Part shown: piece by piece, positions 19,871 to 30,186 of the stretch
Layout of the letters: the number at the start of each line of letters is the position of its first letter
Position numbering within the stretch: position 1 is the stretch's first letter
Position numbers and translations under genes: made by a program
Notes under the pieces: generated by a model
What the model saw: only the letters and a program-made list of their open reading frames with translations
The model's database searches: none
What the model was told of the DNA's origin: nothing
Source: Deinococcales bacterium
GTDB taxonomy: Bacteria > Deinococcota > Deinococci > Deinococcales > JAAFIG01
Direction: 5' to 3'
Length of the DNA: 64,000 nucleotides
Assembly (NCBI GenBank): GCA_031414595.1
Contig: JANNVX010000004.1
Coordinates: 17,047-81,046, forward strand

Positions 19871-20430
19871 TTGCGGTTCTCGATGCTAATGTGTTGTACT
19901 CGGCACGTTTACGAGATTTTTTTATTTGGCTGGCATTACAAAATGCGTACCAAGCCCATTGGACAGCCGAAATCCAAGCCGAATGGAAACGTAATTTATT
20001 GCAAAATCGACCTGAAATTCTTGTGGCTAATCTCGAGCGTACCCAAAAACTGATGGATAGGGCTTTACCTGATGCGTTACTCGAGAATGTGCCTCGGCTC
20101 GAGGTTATTCTTCCAGATACGAACGACATTCATGTTCTTGAGGCAGCCATTTATGCACAAGCGGGTTATGTGGTGACAAACAATTTACGAGACTTTCCTC
20201 AAGCCATCCTCGAACCTTTTGGTGTGATTGCTTTGGGTCCTGATGACTTTGTGATGCGTATTCTTGAACGTACACCAAATCTTGTGTTGAAGGCGATTCA
20301 AATGCAGGTGGCGAATTTACAACGCCCTCCAATTGGCATCAATACCATGTTGCTGCAACTCGAGGAACAGGGATTGGTGAAAGTTGTGGATTGGTTGCGC
20401 GGACAATTGTTACCAGAAAGTCGTGCTTGA
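19867..20430 (+). CDS. PIN domain toxin (PIN_3/VapC-like)
   Basis: VLDANVLY, LPDTNDIHVLEAA and VTNNLRDFP motifs. Confidence 0.88.
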   Translation: MIAVLDANVLYSARLRDFFIWLALQNAYQAHWTAEIQAEWKRNLLQNRPEILVANLERTQKLMDRALPDALLENVPRLEVILPDTNDIHVLEAAIYAQAGYVVTNNLRDFPQAILEPFGVIALGPDDFVMRILERTPNLVLKAIQMQVANLQRPPIGINTMLLQLEEQGLVKVVDWLRGQLLPESRA

Positions 20431-20584
20431 ACTCGAGAAGCAAGTGCAGCAAGCAAAAGGCAAATTGTCTAACGAGAATTTTGTCAAGAATGCCTCAGAA
20501 GAAGTGCTTCTCGAGGAACGCCGTCGGATTGAAGATTTTGGAATACAACTCGAGCGGTTACAAAAAGTGCTGGCGCAATTCTAA
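20429..20584 (+). pseudogene. valS: Orphan duplicate of the valS 3' end (last ~51 codons)
   Basis: ELEKQVQQAKGKLSNENFVKNASEEVLLEERRRIEDFGIQLERLQKVLAQF aligns without gaps to 18011-18163. Confidence 0.93.
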
Positions 20585-20595
20585 GTAATTTTGAA

Positions 20596-20625
20596 CTAGG
20601 ACGGTTAAATTTTTGACCGTCCTAG
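20596..20625 (+). terminator. Hairpin after the valS remnant
   Basis: CTAGGACGGT / ACCGTCCTAG inverted repeat. Confidence 0.65.
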
Positions 20626-20704
20626 ACGATTCAAGTGCATAAATTTGACGAACACTGAATACTGTGCTATTCTTATTCCTATCAGCAGCCAAGAGGCTGT
20701 TTTT

Positions 20705-21622
20705 TTATTGCTTAAATTCCGTATCGCGTTCTGCTTCTAAAACTGCATTCTCGAGGGCAAGCAGTGCAGTCTCGCCTTCTCCACCATGAGCGCGTTCTGG
20801 ACGGTCTACCCATGCTTGGAAACCCTGTTCTTTGCGTCGAATCAGAATTTCTGAGTAGCCAGCAGCTTCGGCTCGAGCAAAAAGTGCGTTGACATCGCTG
20901 TGCTTAAATCCTTGCTTCTCGAGAACACGCCGTAATGTGATTTCCCGTGCTTCCATTGTTCCGCCCTTGGCAAAGTATCGTGCCAGACTTTGCGCCCAGT
21001 CACCTCTGGCGGTAATTCTTGCCATGCGCTCTAAGGCAGTCTCGAGTTCAGATGCGCTTGGAATTCTGTAGGTGTTTTCGTGCATGACCAATTCGGGCTG
21101 AATCCTTGGGCGTTGGTCTGGGGTTTCGTCAGGTACGCCAATCGTCAGCCCAGCAAATGGCAGCACCCCATTTGGTAACTCGCACAAGTCTATAATTTCC
21201 TCGAGTGCGCTTAAGACCCCACCAATCCAGCAGCCTTGGTAGCCAAGGCATTCGGCGGCGTGTAACATCGTCTGACCAGCCAAGACCGCATCTCCGATGC
21301 CAAAATGAATTGCCACAGCATCCCAAGTCCCAAATTCATAGCCTTTATGCTCGAGCAGGAGTTGTAGGCGTTTGACATCGGCACAAATCAAAAATGCTTC
21401 GGGCGCAGTCTCCATATGGGCGTTGTTGGTTAGTCCTGCCACTCGAGTTTTGGTTTGGTTGGTTAAGCGAATAAAGCTATACATCTGGGCAGTTGCATCA
21501 GTTGGGGCGTGCTGAGCGCAGTACAGAATTTGCTCGAGATGCCCAGTTTCCAGTGGTTGGGGTTTGTATTTACGAATGGTGCGGTGGTTGACAAAAACGC
21601 TTAGGCGCGGGTCTAGGTTCAT
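20705..21622 (-). CDS. Nitroreductase (NfsA/FRP-like) with a short C-terminal extension
   Basis: HRTIRKY, Q.YSFI, AAECLGYQGCWIGG and RPR motifs. Confidence 0.85.
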   Translation of the reverse strand: MNLDPRLSVFVNHRTIRKYKPQPLETGHLEQILYCAQHAPTDATAQMYSFIRLTNQTKTRVAGLTNNAHMETAPEAFLICADVKRLQLLLEHKGYEFGTWDAVAIHFGIGDAVLAGQTMLHAAECLGYQGCWIGGVLSALEEIIDLCELPNGVLPFAGLTIGVPDETPDQRPRIQPELVMHENTYRIPSASELETALERMARITARGDWAQSLARYFAKGGTMEAREITLRRVLEKQGFKHSDVNALFARAEAAGYSEILIRRKEQGFQAWVDRPERAHGGEGETALLALENAVLEAERDTEFKQ

Positions 21623-21643
21623 GGGTCTAACTTACCAAAAAAT

Positions 21644-21669
21644 CAGCGCAGCTTTTAAGGGCTGCGCTG
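21644..21669 (-). terminator. Intrinsic terminator
   Basis: CAGCGCAGC / GCTGCGCTG stem with U-tract on the minus strand. Confidence 0.7.
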
Positions 21670-21687
21670 CAAAATAAGGTTTAGAAT

Positions 21688-22689
21688 TTACTGATAATTC
21701 CAAGTTCCGTCACCGCAACCTGTAATTGTCCAAGTCAAGGTGTTCTTACCATCGGTGAATTTTACATTTCCGCTATTGACCATTTTGTTGCTTCCACAAG
21801 CATTGCGGTCTACAATCATAGCGTTTGAAGAAAACTCCAAGCTCGATTCGTATTTATTTCCTGCGTTATTGACCTTAAAAGAAAATCTGTTATTGAATTT
21901 CAGTGTGCCTCGAGCAAAACGGTCATTGTTGGTGGCACTGGGTTGGGGAGTATACTCCAAAGTTCCATTTGTCGAGTATTCAAAACTCGAGATTACGCCG
22001 TCATCTATCGAAACAGCTATGAAATTGAAATTCTGGGTAATGGTGTATTTGCCATTAGCACCAACTGTTACTTTGGTGTCCAAATTGGTCTGTAAGGCAA
22101 TACCGAAATTGTTGGCAGGGTCAATGTAATAAAAGGTTAAATTCGTCAGTTTTACCTCGTAACCACTGGTTGCACCATTTGTATTGGGGTTATCGTTATA
22201 GTCTTTGATATAAACATCACCGAGTAGAACGGCTGTAACTCCATTATAGGTTGTATTGCAATCAAAATTATAATTGAATAAGAGTGGAATACCGTCCCCA
22301 TCGGCATCTGTCGTAGACCCGACACCGCATTTATTGCCACCTGCTGGAGCTTGTGGCGATAGTTTGAGGCTTGAGTAAGCGGCTGGAAGAACAAATGGCG
22401 TGCTGCTGGCTTGTGTTCTCAGGCTCGAGAAAGCCATGCCAAGGTTTTCAGGGGCTTTTTTAAGCATGATCTCGAGTTTGGGGTTGCCTTTGGCAAACTG
22501 CATGACAATTTCGGTTGCACCTAAAGCACTAACAGGCGCACCCTTTAAGAATTGGGTAGAGCTTGCGACCGCATTTGGTCCGAAATTTTTTAAGTTTTCA
22601 GAATTTTGGCTATCAAACGGTCGAGTTGTTGGACACGCGGTTAATGCCAACGCCAATGCTGCCGTCCCTAATAAACTAAAGAGTCTCAT
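21688..22689 (-). CDS. Hypothetical lipoprotein
   Basis: Lipobox LTAC; DADGDG motif; TAGGAT 7 nt before ATG. Confidence 0.75.
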   Translation of the reverse strand: MRLFSLLGTAALALALTACPTTRPFDSQNSENLKNFGPNAVASSTQFLKGAPVSALGATEIVMQFAKGNPKLEIMLKKAPENLGMAFSSLRTQASSTPFVLPAAYSSLKLSPQAPAGGNKCGVGSTTDADGDGIPLLFNYNFDCNTTYNGVTAVLLGDVYIKDYNDNPNTNGATSGYEVKLTNLTFYYIDPANNFGIALQTNLDTKVTVGANGKYTITQNFNFIAVSIDDGVISSFEYSTNGTLEYTPQPSATNNDRFARGTLKFNNRFSFKVNNAGNKYESSLEFSSNAMIVDRNACGSNKMVNSGNVKFTDGKNTLTWTITGCGDGTWNYQ

Positions 22690-22745
22690 GGTTCTTATCC
22701 TAGCAGAGTCCCAAAGAATCAGATGAGGAAAAACCAAAGAAAACG

Positions 22746-25700
22746 TTAATCTGAAGGTGAATCACTGAGCGACAGCATCACATCTCGAGCCAAAACACCA
22801 ATGGGTGAAGCAATATACTGAGGACAAAGTAATGCCAGTCTTGCCTCGTTTTCGGGAGTCCTTGGTTGCAAAACAAGTTCTATAAATTTTATAAATTCTC
22901 GAGTCAGTTCTGCCGTCAGATTTGGGTCGGTTGCAACTCCATCAAGCACCTGTTTTATGGCGGTATCATCTTGTAAACCCAAGCGCCAACCTGCATGAAC
23001 TCGAGCCAAAGCCCAATGCCAATCAGCTTCATCTAATTCTACAGATGTCATGTCCCAAACCTTTTGATAATCACCAAAAGACAGCGCCAGCAACGCTTGC
23101 GTTAGCTGATAGTACCCATAGCCATAGTCCTCTTTTGCAATTTCAGGCACTTGCAACACAAAACCGTCGCCTAACTCGACGGTGATGCGTGTTTCCCAAA
23201 CTCGGGCTACTTTCTCCAATGAATGCTCACGCACTTTTTCCATTTCAGTTCTGGCTTCTATCAGTTGATTTTTTCCGTATAAACAATTTGCCCGATTGTA
23301 AATTGCGTACTTTTCGAGACTTTGCATTCCTATTCGTTGTGCTAACTGGATGGCACGTTCAAGTGTTTGAATCGCGTTATCAAAATCTGTATCCTGCATA
23401 AGAATAAGTGCCTTATTGACATCTATAATCACCAAAATACGAATATTGCTAACAATTTCAGCGAATTTCGCGGCATTTTCCCAAGCTGAAAAAGCCTCTG
23501 CTCGAAAATTTGCACTGTAATAAGCGACTCCTAATTCATTCCACACCACAGAAAGTAAATAATGATTGCCTGTCACTTCTGCCACCTTAGTAGCCATTTG
23601 GATAATGCTAATTTTTCGTTTTTTTGGTTGAATAACAACTGATAGAACAGACAAAGCATTAACCAAATCTTCTTTATTTTTTTGTTTCTTAGCAGCCTCA
23701 ACAGCTTCTAAGGCATAGAATCGTGCTTTTATTAAATCTTTTTGTACTAAAAGTAAGCTCAAGTTTGCACAAAGCAGCGTATACAATGGTTCTTCTTTTT
23801 TTGGTTCACCAATAAGCTCGAGGGCATTTTGATTTTCACCTGTAAAGCGCATCACTCGAACCAGTTCTACTTTGGCTCGAGCAATCAACTCGCCACTGTT
23901 GGGCAGCCATTGGGCGTGTTCAATCACATCGCGCCATAAATCTTGGGCTTCGCTGATTCGCCCAGCTGCACTCAATACCTCTCCTAAATGGTGCTTGGCT
24001 TGCATCCGCAAAAGCTGCTGGGCTTCGCTGGCGCTGTTATCGTTTTCTAAATGGGTGGCTGCCTCGAGAACCAAGCGGTAGGCTCGTTCGGCTTGTGGGT
24101 AAGCAAAAGTGGCTTGGGCGCTTAGTCCGGCTTGCATAGCAATTTCTAAGGCTTGCGGGTAGTTTTCGGCAGCGTACCAATGTTCGCCCAACTCGAGCAG
24201 TTCGGCTTTGCCCGTGCGTAACGTGGCAGCTTTGGCATGAAGGCGTTTGCGTTTTAAGCGCATGATGCCTTGGCGCAGCAGTTCGTTGTACATCGGGTGG
24301 GTGAACCTGAATCCTTCACCGTTTGTGCCGGGTGTTTCGGCAATCAGTCTGGCTCGAGAAAGGCTTTCTAAAGCATCTAAAGCGTCATCATCGCGCCAGT
24401 CAAGCATGGCGCGGGCATCTTCAAACCAAAAGGCTCTGCCTAAAATGCTGGCAGCACGGGCAAACTCGAGAACATTGGGGTCAAGCACTGCTAAACGGTG
24501 GGCGAGTAATTCGCCGAGGCTTTCGGGTAAGCCAGTTAAACTTCTGTTCCATTCGTAGACCTGGGCGCGGCGTTGAATTGCGCCGTTCTCGAGCATGGCT
24601 TTAAGCCGTTCCTCGAGTACCCAAGGGTTGCCGCCAGCGTGAGAGACCAATTCGTTTTCTAAAGCAGCTTCGATTTCACCACCGAGTAAGGCTTGTAGTA
24701 ATTCAAACATCTGTTCGTCGGTTAGGGCGCTTAGAGCAATGGTTTTGCGTGGCTTGGGGAATCCTTTGGGGCTTTGCTGCCCTTCGGGTAAGTCCTCGAG
24801 TCGGTAGGTGATAATCACTCGGGCATCTGGCGCGGCTCGAAGCGCGTGGGCAAGCAGCGCAAGGGTGCTTTCGTCTGCCCAGTGGAGGTTTTCAAAAGCA
24901 ACTACGGTCAGGCTCGAGATGCGTTCTAAAAGCTCGGTAAAGGCTTCAAATAAGCGCAATCGGGCAACTTCGGCAGGGATGTTCGGGTCTGAAGGCGGGG
25001 CTGCACCAAATTGTGAGGCAATGCGGGCGAGTTCATTTTGTGAAGTTGGCGAAACTTCATCAAAAATAAAGCGGTAATGTTTTTCTAAGTTTTCAATTAA
25101 GCGTTTGACCGTACCAAATGGGGTCGGGTCATCCGCAATCGCTTCGCCGATGCCAAGCCGAGCGCCAGAACTCTGGGCGCGTTCGCCGAGGGCGCGAAGC
25201 AGACGAGTTTTGCCAGTGCCAACATCGCCAATAACCGTGTACAAGCCAGTTAAACCCGTTTCAAAAAGTCCAGCCAAGGTCTCGAGTTCGGTTTCTCGTC
25301 CAATCAAAGGCGAAAGCAACAGCGCGTCGGCTCGAGCCGATTGCGCCTGCATCTGAATGGTTTGGCTTAATGGGGATTCTAAGGCACGAAGCAGCGCTTC
25401 GCGCACCGCTTCGGCGCTGCTTGGGCGTTCGGCTGGGTTTTTGGACAACATGGCGAGGCAAATGTTCTCGAGGGCTTCAGGGATGGCTGGATTGCGGGTC
25501 GTGGGCGGAACGGGGGCTTGTTGGATGTGCTGCATAATCACTTGAACAATGCTGTCGCCTAAAAATGGCGGTTGCCCAGTCAATGCCCAGTACAGCACTG
25601 CGCCTAGGGCGTATAAATCGGCACGGTAATCGAGTTGAGCGCCTCTGCACTGCTCGGGTGCCATGTAGAGGGCTGTGCCAACCATAGCGCCGACTTTGGT

Positions 25701-26177
25701 CAGGGCAACCGTGCCTTCCATGGTTTTTGCCAGTCCAAAATCCATTAACTTGGGTTGTCCGTCGGTGGTGACGCGAATGTTTTCTGGTTTTAAGTCGCGG
25801 TGAATCACCCCTTGGGCATGAACTGCGCCTAGCGCCCCAGCGATGCCGACAAAAATTCTTGTAATGGTTGGAAAATCTGGGTTTGTGCCAAGCCAATCGG
25901 ATAAATCCTGACCTTTAATAAATTCCATCACCAAAAATGGCATACCGCGTTCTTCGCCTAGCTCGAGAACCCGCACCACATTAGGATGATCTATTTGCGA
26001 CAAACTGCGGAACTCGCGGCGCATTCGAGCGCCACCAGTTAAAGCCACCATCTCGTGCATTTTTTTGATGGCGACCAATGTGCCAGTCTCGGTGTCCATG
26101 GCGAGCGTGACCTGACCCATTGCTCCAGCCCCGAGTTCACGGACAAACTGGTAACGCTGGTTTGAAGCCACGGTCAT
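22746..26177 (-). CDS. Ser/Thr kinase - AAA ATPase (STAND-like) - TPR protein
   Basis: LGAGAMG, HRDLKPEN, DFG, YMAPE; GRETE, GDVGTGKT, ENLHWAD, GGNP; C-terminal TPRs. Confidence 0.92.
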   Translation of the reverse strand: MTVASNQRYQFVRELGAGAMGQVTLAMDTETGTLVAIKKMHEMVALTGGARMRREFRSLSQIDHPNVVRVLELGEERGMPFLVMEFIKGQDLSDWLGTNPDFPTITRIFVGIAGALGAVHAQGVIHRDLKPENIRVTTDGQPKLMDFGLAKTMEGTVALTKVGAMVGTALYMAPEQCRGAQLDYRADLYALGAVLYWALTGQPPFLGDSIVQVIMQHIQQAPVPPTTRNPAIPEALENICLAMLSKNPAERPSSAEAVREALLRALESPLSQTIQMQAQSARADALLLSPLIGRETELETLAGLFETGLTGLYTVIGDVGTGKTRLLRALGERAQSSGARLGIGEAIADDPTPFGTVKRLIENLEKHYRFIFDEVSPTSQNELARIASQFGAAPPSDPNIPAEVARLRLFEAFTELLERISSLTVVAFENLHWADESTLALLAHALRAAPDARVIITYRLEDLPEGQQSPKGFPKPRKTIALSALTDEQMFELLQALLGGEIEAALENELVSHAGGNPWVLEERLKAMLENGAIQRRAQVYEWNRSLTGLPESLGELLAHRLAVLDPNVLEFARAASILGRAFWFEDARAMLDWRDDDALDALESLSRARLIAETPGTNGEGFRFTHPMYNELLRQGIMRLKRKRLHAKAATLRTGKAELLELGEHWYAAENYPQALEIAMQAGLSAQATFAYPQAERAYRLVLEAATHLENDNSASEAQQLLRMQAKHHLGEVLSAAGRISEAQDLWRDVIEHAQWLPNSGELIARAKVELVRVMRFTGENQNALELIGEPKKEEPLYTLLCANLSLLLVQKDLIKARFYALEAVEAAKKQKNKEDLVNALSVLSVVIQPKKRKISIIQMATKVAEVTGNHYLLSVVWNELGVAYYSANFRAEAFSAWENAAKFAEIVSNIRILVIIDVNKALILMQDTDFDNAIQTLERAIQLAQRIGMQSLEKYAIYNRANCLYGKNQLIEARTEMEKVREHSLEKVARVWETRITVELGDGFVLQVPEIAKEDYGYGYYQLTQALLALSFGDYQKVWDMTSVELDEADWHWALARVHAGWRLGLQDDTAIKQVLDGVATDPNLTAELTREFIKFIELVLQPRTPENEARLALLCPQYIASPIGVLARDVMLSLSDSPSD

Positions 26178-26255
26178 GACCCTATTATGACCTGTTTTAA
26201 TGACATTTTTGTATGGGGTTTTTTACTTGGGTATCAAAACGGTAAGATATGCCCA

Positions 26256-27467
26256 ATGATTTTTCATTCCCTGCTCGAGAATGGGCTGTTACTGCTGCTC
26301 GAACCTGTGGAAAGCTCAAAGCTCGTCAGTATTGAATTGTTTGTGCCGAACGGTGCATTGACCGAAGATATTTCGGGGAGTGGCAGTGTAATGGACGAAT
26401 GGTTGCGCCGAGGGGCTGGCTCGCGCAATGCCAAAGAACTCGAGAATGCTTGGGATGAACTTGGGGCAATTCGTGGTGCAGAAATCGGACTCGAGGGCAT
26501 GGAATTTAGCGTGACTTGCCTAGCCCCAGACGCGGCAGCCGCTCTTGAATTGCTGTCTGATTGGGTGCTGCGTCCGCATTTAAGCACGGATGGTTTTGCA
26601 CCCAGTCTCGAGTTGGCTGTGGCTGCACTGGACAGCCTAGAAGATTCACCAGATGAACTCCTGTACGCTCGGCTGTGGGAAGCCGCCTTTGGCAGTCCGC
26701 ATCAGCGAAGTCCGTATGGCACAAAAGCGGGTTTCTCGAGTCTCACGCCCGAATTTCTGCGATTAGATTATGCACAGCGTTGCACCCCACAAGGCGCGAT
26801 TCTGGCTTGTAGTGGAGCGCATCAATCGGCAGAATTGCTCGAGTTGGTACAGCAACATTTTGGCGGGTGGTCTGGGGATGGTTTAGAAGTGCCAGAAGTG
26901 GTTTGGAATCCGCCTTTTACACGCTTTGAGCCACGGGACACCGCCCAAACCCAAATTGGGATGATCATGCCGTTGGTGGAATTTGCCGAGTCTGGGTATT
27001 ACGAATCACGTTTCGCCCTCGAGATACTAGGTGGCGGCAACAGCAACCGCTTATTTAACGAAGTCCGAGAAAAACGCGGCTTGGTCTACGGGATTCATGC
27101 AGGTAGCAGTTTTGTGCGTGGGGCTGGAACACTAGAAATCTTTGCCAGTTGTACCCCCAATCACACCGAAGAAACGATTGCGGTTATTCGCGCAGAACTC
27201 GAGACATGGCGCGAAGGGGTGAGCCAAGAAGAGTTCGCTCGAGCCAAAGTCGGGATTGAAACTGGGCTTGCCATGAGTTTAGAAAGCATTGGCGCAAGGG
27301 CAGCCTCTTGTCTGCGCGATGCCCAATTATTAGGCAGAGCCAGAGGCATAACAGAAATCCAAGCTGGATTGCAAAATGTGACGTTAGAAAGCCTGAATGC
27401 TTGGTTGCAAACTCTAGATTTTAAGCAGCTACGAACCTTTGTTTTGGGCGCGGATGTGCAGACATGA
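26256..27467 (+). CDS. M16 peptidase family, non-catalytic subunit
   Basis: M16 fold motifs (LGGG.SNRLFNEVREKRGLVY) but no HxxEH. Confidence 0.85.
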   Translation: MIFHSLLENGLLLLLEPVESSKLVSIELFVPNGALTEDISGSGSVMDEWLRRGAGSRNAKELENAWDELGAIRGAEIGLEGMEFSVTCLAPDAAAALELLSDWVLRPHLSTDGFAPSLELAVAALDSLEDSPDELLYARLWEAAFGSPHQRSPYGTKAGFSSLTPEFLRLDYAQRCTPQGAILACSGAHQSAELLELVQQHFGGWSGDGLEVPEVVWNPPFTRFEPRDTAQTQIGMIMPLVEFAESGYYESRFALEILGGGNSNRLFNEVREKRGLVYGIHAGSSFVRGAGTLEIFASCTPNHTEETIAVIRAELETWREGVSQEEFARAKVGIETGLAMSLESIGARAASCLRDAQLLGRARGITEIQAGLQNVTLESLNAWLQTLDFKQLRTFVLGADVQT

Positions 27468-28672
27468 AACCCTTACAAGTTATCCTAGCAAACGGACTAA
27501 CTGTGATTGCCCAGCCGATGCCAACTGCCCGAAGCCTCGCTATGGCAGTGGTGCTGCGCTCTGGCGCAAGGCAAGACTTAAAACTTGGTACAGCCCATTT
27601 TCTCGAGCATATGCTTTTTAAGGGCAACCTAAAATATTCTGCCCTCGAGTTATCCAAGGCGTTTGATGCGCTGGGCGCTCATGCCAATGCTTTTACTTCG
27701 CATGAAACCACGACCTACACGGCTTGTGGGTTACCGCAAATTCAATCAGAACTAACGCGGTTATTGCTTGGAATGCAAACCCCACGTTTAGATTTATCTG
27801 ATATTGAACTTGAACGTCAAGTGATTCTCGAGGAAATCGAATTGTACCGCGATGACCCCATGAGTCTGGCACTCGAGCGCAGTGCTGCCGATTATTTTCA
27901 GTCGCATCCGCTTGGAAGACCCGTGATTGGCACAAGCAGCATGGTTGCCAGCATTTCACAAACAGATTTACAAACGTATCTGAACAGCCATTACACCACC
28001 AGCAACATGGTTTTGGCAGTTTGTGGGATTTTTGATTGGCAGCAATTACTCGAAGATGCACAAGCCTTTAGTGAAAGATTACCCATTGGGCAGCTTCTCG
28101 AGACAAACAGCACCGAATTTAGTCCACAACAAGGACTAATTCATGTGCCGCACGACTGCACCCATAGTCAAATTAGTTTCATTGCTCGCGGCTTTAAGGC
28201 TGGTCATGCCCTCGAGTTACCCGCCGCGATTGCTTCACGGATTATCGGGGACTCGGAAAATTCAAGATTTGCATGGGCTTTTGTAGATGATGGTACAGCC
28301 CTTGCCGCCAGTTTAGAACACGAAGGACACACCGATCTTGGCGCGTTTTATGGCTCGCTCGAGTGCGCCCCCCAAGACACCCAAGAATGCTTAGAGCGCT
28401 TGTATAGCCAACTAAAAACGATTCGTCAAAATGGGATTACGGCGGCAGAACTAAGCCGTATGAAACGCAAACTTGAAGTTGGTTTAGCCCTGCGACTCGA
28501 GACCCCTAGCGCTTGGCTTGGTGCGTTTAGTGAAGATTATGTGTTGCAAAATGACCTGCGCCAACCGAGCGCGGTACTCGAGGAATTAAGCGCCATAACT
28601 TTAGAAGAAGTCAATGCTGCGCTATTTGAAAGTGGTCTCGAGTCTCCGAGTATTGTGACGCTTGGGGTTTAG
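27464..28672 (+). CDS. M16 peptidase family, catalytic subunit
   Basis: AHFLEHMLFKG, NAFTS and ERQVILEE motifs. Confidence 0.9.
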   Translation: MKPLQVILANGLTVIAQPMPTARSLAMAVVLRSGARQDLKLGTAHFLEHMLFKGNLKYSALELSKAFDALGAHANAFTSHETTTYTACGLPQIQSELTRLLLGMQTPRLDLSDIELERQVILEEIELYRDDPMSLALERSAADYFQSHPLGRPVIGTSSMVASISQTDLQTYLNSHYTTSNMVLAVCGIFDWQQLLEDAQAFSERLPIGQLLETNSTEFSPQQGLIHVPHDCTHSQISFIARGFKAGHALELPAAIASRIIGDSENSRFAWAFVDDGTALAASLEHEGHTDLGAFYGSLECAPQDTQECLERLYSQLKTIRQNGITAAELSRMKRKLEVGLALRLETPSAWLGAFSEDYVLQNDLRQPSAVLEELSAITLEEVNAALFESGLESPSIVTLGV

Positions 28673-28687
28673 CGCTGGACATAAAAA

Positions 28688-28711
28688 AGGCATGGTCAAA
28701 AAACCATGCCT
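28688..28711. terminator. Terminator hairpin between convergent genes
   Basis: AGGCATGGT / ACCATGCCT flanked by an A-run. Confidence 0.7.
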
Positions 28712-28726
28712 AAAATACAAAACGAA

Positions 28727-29029
28727 TTACTTCTTAACGTTGTCTTTAAGTGCCTTGCCCGGTTTGAAGGCAGGGTACTTGCTGGCTGGGATTTTAATTT
28801 TGGTTTTTGTGCCTGGTTTAACACCGGTGCGGGCTTTACGGCTACGCACTTCAAATGTACCAAAGCCCGTAATTTGGACTTTACTGCCTTTGTCAAGCGC
28901 TCCGCTGACTTCGCCAATAAATGCGTCAATCAGGGCTTTAACATCTTTTTTCTTGCTGGCGGTTTTTTCTGCCAAGATGTCAATGAGGTCGGACTTGGTG
29001 ATCGTTTTCTTAACTACTTTCTTTGCCAT
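28727..29029 (-). CDS. hup: DNA-binding protein HU
   Basis: TKSDLI, VQITGFGTFEVR..KARTG and PAFKPGKALKD motifs. Confidence 0.95.
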   Translation of the reverse strand: MAKKVVKKTITKSDLIDILAEKTASKKKDVKALIDAFIGEVSGALDKGSKVQITGFGTFEVRSRKARTGVKPGTKTKIKIPASKYPAFKPGKALKDNVKK

Positions 29030-29288
29030 ATTGTTGCTCCCTGAGCATTTTTATTATTATGGTTGAAACACGATTTTTGCGTACTTTCAACCACTCCCTA
29101 TGCTCAGCACGAACTTTAGCATGTTTATATGTAATTTGCAACGTCTTGGAGGGCTTTTTGTAGACTATACTTAAGTTTGGCAAAGTGACATAAAATATGA
29201 AGTTTTTCACACCAGTAAAAAAATAGTGTACTGAAAAGGATGTTTTAGAGGTCATTTCCTCGGCAATAAGGAAGGCTATCTATGGTTC

Positions 29289-30065
29289 TTACTGACTGTC
29301 TTTTTTCCAAGAACGTTGAACTACCATGTCGCCTATGGCTGGAATCAAATGCTCGAGCCAAATCAGTGGCTGATACCAATTTGGCACAACCACTTCGGCT
29401 TTTGGATGCTCGAGTAACCGCAATACAGTGGCAGCAATATGTTCGGGTTCAACCATTGGTAGGGGGCGCTTGCCACCTTTGGCAGTCATGGCGGTGCGAA
29501 CAAAACCTGCGGTTAATAGAGAAACATTCACCCCAGTGCCACGTAACTCGCGGTGTAGGGCTAAACTCATACCACGCAGCGCAAACTTACTTGCGCCGTA
29601 CAAACTCGAGAGTGCCAAAGTCCCCTGAACACTGCCCATGTTAATAATTTGCCCGTTGCGCTCGGATAGCATTTCGGGCAGCACCAACTGCGATAACCAA
29701 TATGGTGCAAGCACATTGGTTTCATACATGGCGTTTACATCCAAAGCCGAGCGTTTCCACCAAGACTGCCCGCCAGAATCCATTCCCGCGTTGTTAAAAA
29801 CCACTTGTACCGCCCCAAATGTAGCTCTGGCTCGAGCTACCAAGCGCTCTAAATCGGCGTGGTTACGCACATCACACGGTACACCAATCACCCGTTTACC
29901 CGAAGGATTCAGTTCAGTCACCAAATCTGTAAGAACATCTTCGCGCCGAGCCGCCAAGACCAGCCGGTGTCCAGCCGCTACCAAAGCCCGTGCAGTAGCC
30001 GCCCCGATGCCACTGGATGCACCCGTGATAATAATATGCAAACCGCCCGAACCTTCAATACTCAT
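29289..30065 (-). CDS. SDR family oxidoreductase
   Basis: TGASSGIG, NNAG and YGASK motifs. Confidence 0.9.
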   Translation of the reverse strand: MSIEGSGGLHIIITGASSGIGAATARALVAAGHRLVLAARREDVLTDLVTELNPSGKRVIGVPCDVRNHADLERLVARARATFGAVQVVFNNAGMDSGGQSWWKRSALDVNAMYETNVLAPYWLSQLVLPEMLSERNGQIINMGSVQGTLALSSLYGASKFALRGMSLALHRELRGTGVNVSLLTAGFVRTAMTAKGGKRPLPMVEPEHIAATVLRLLEHPKAEVVVPNWYQPLIWLEHLIPAIGDMVVQRSWKKDSQ

Positions 30066-30186
30066 AGTGCAAAGCATAAATAGACTCGGTGTAAAGTGCA
30101 AATAGGGTGCAATAGCCTTGACCAAACCGTAAATTTTTGAAAGACTGCTAAAACGTGATTGAAGCTACTGTTCTAAAGGCTCACGG

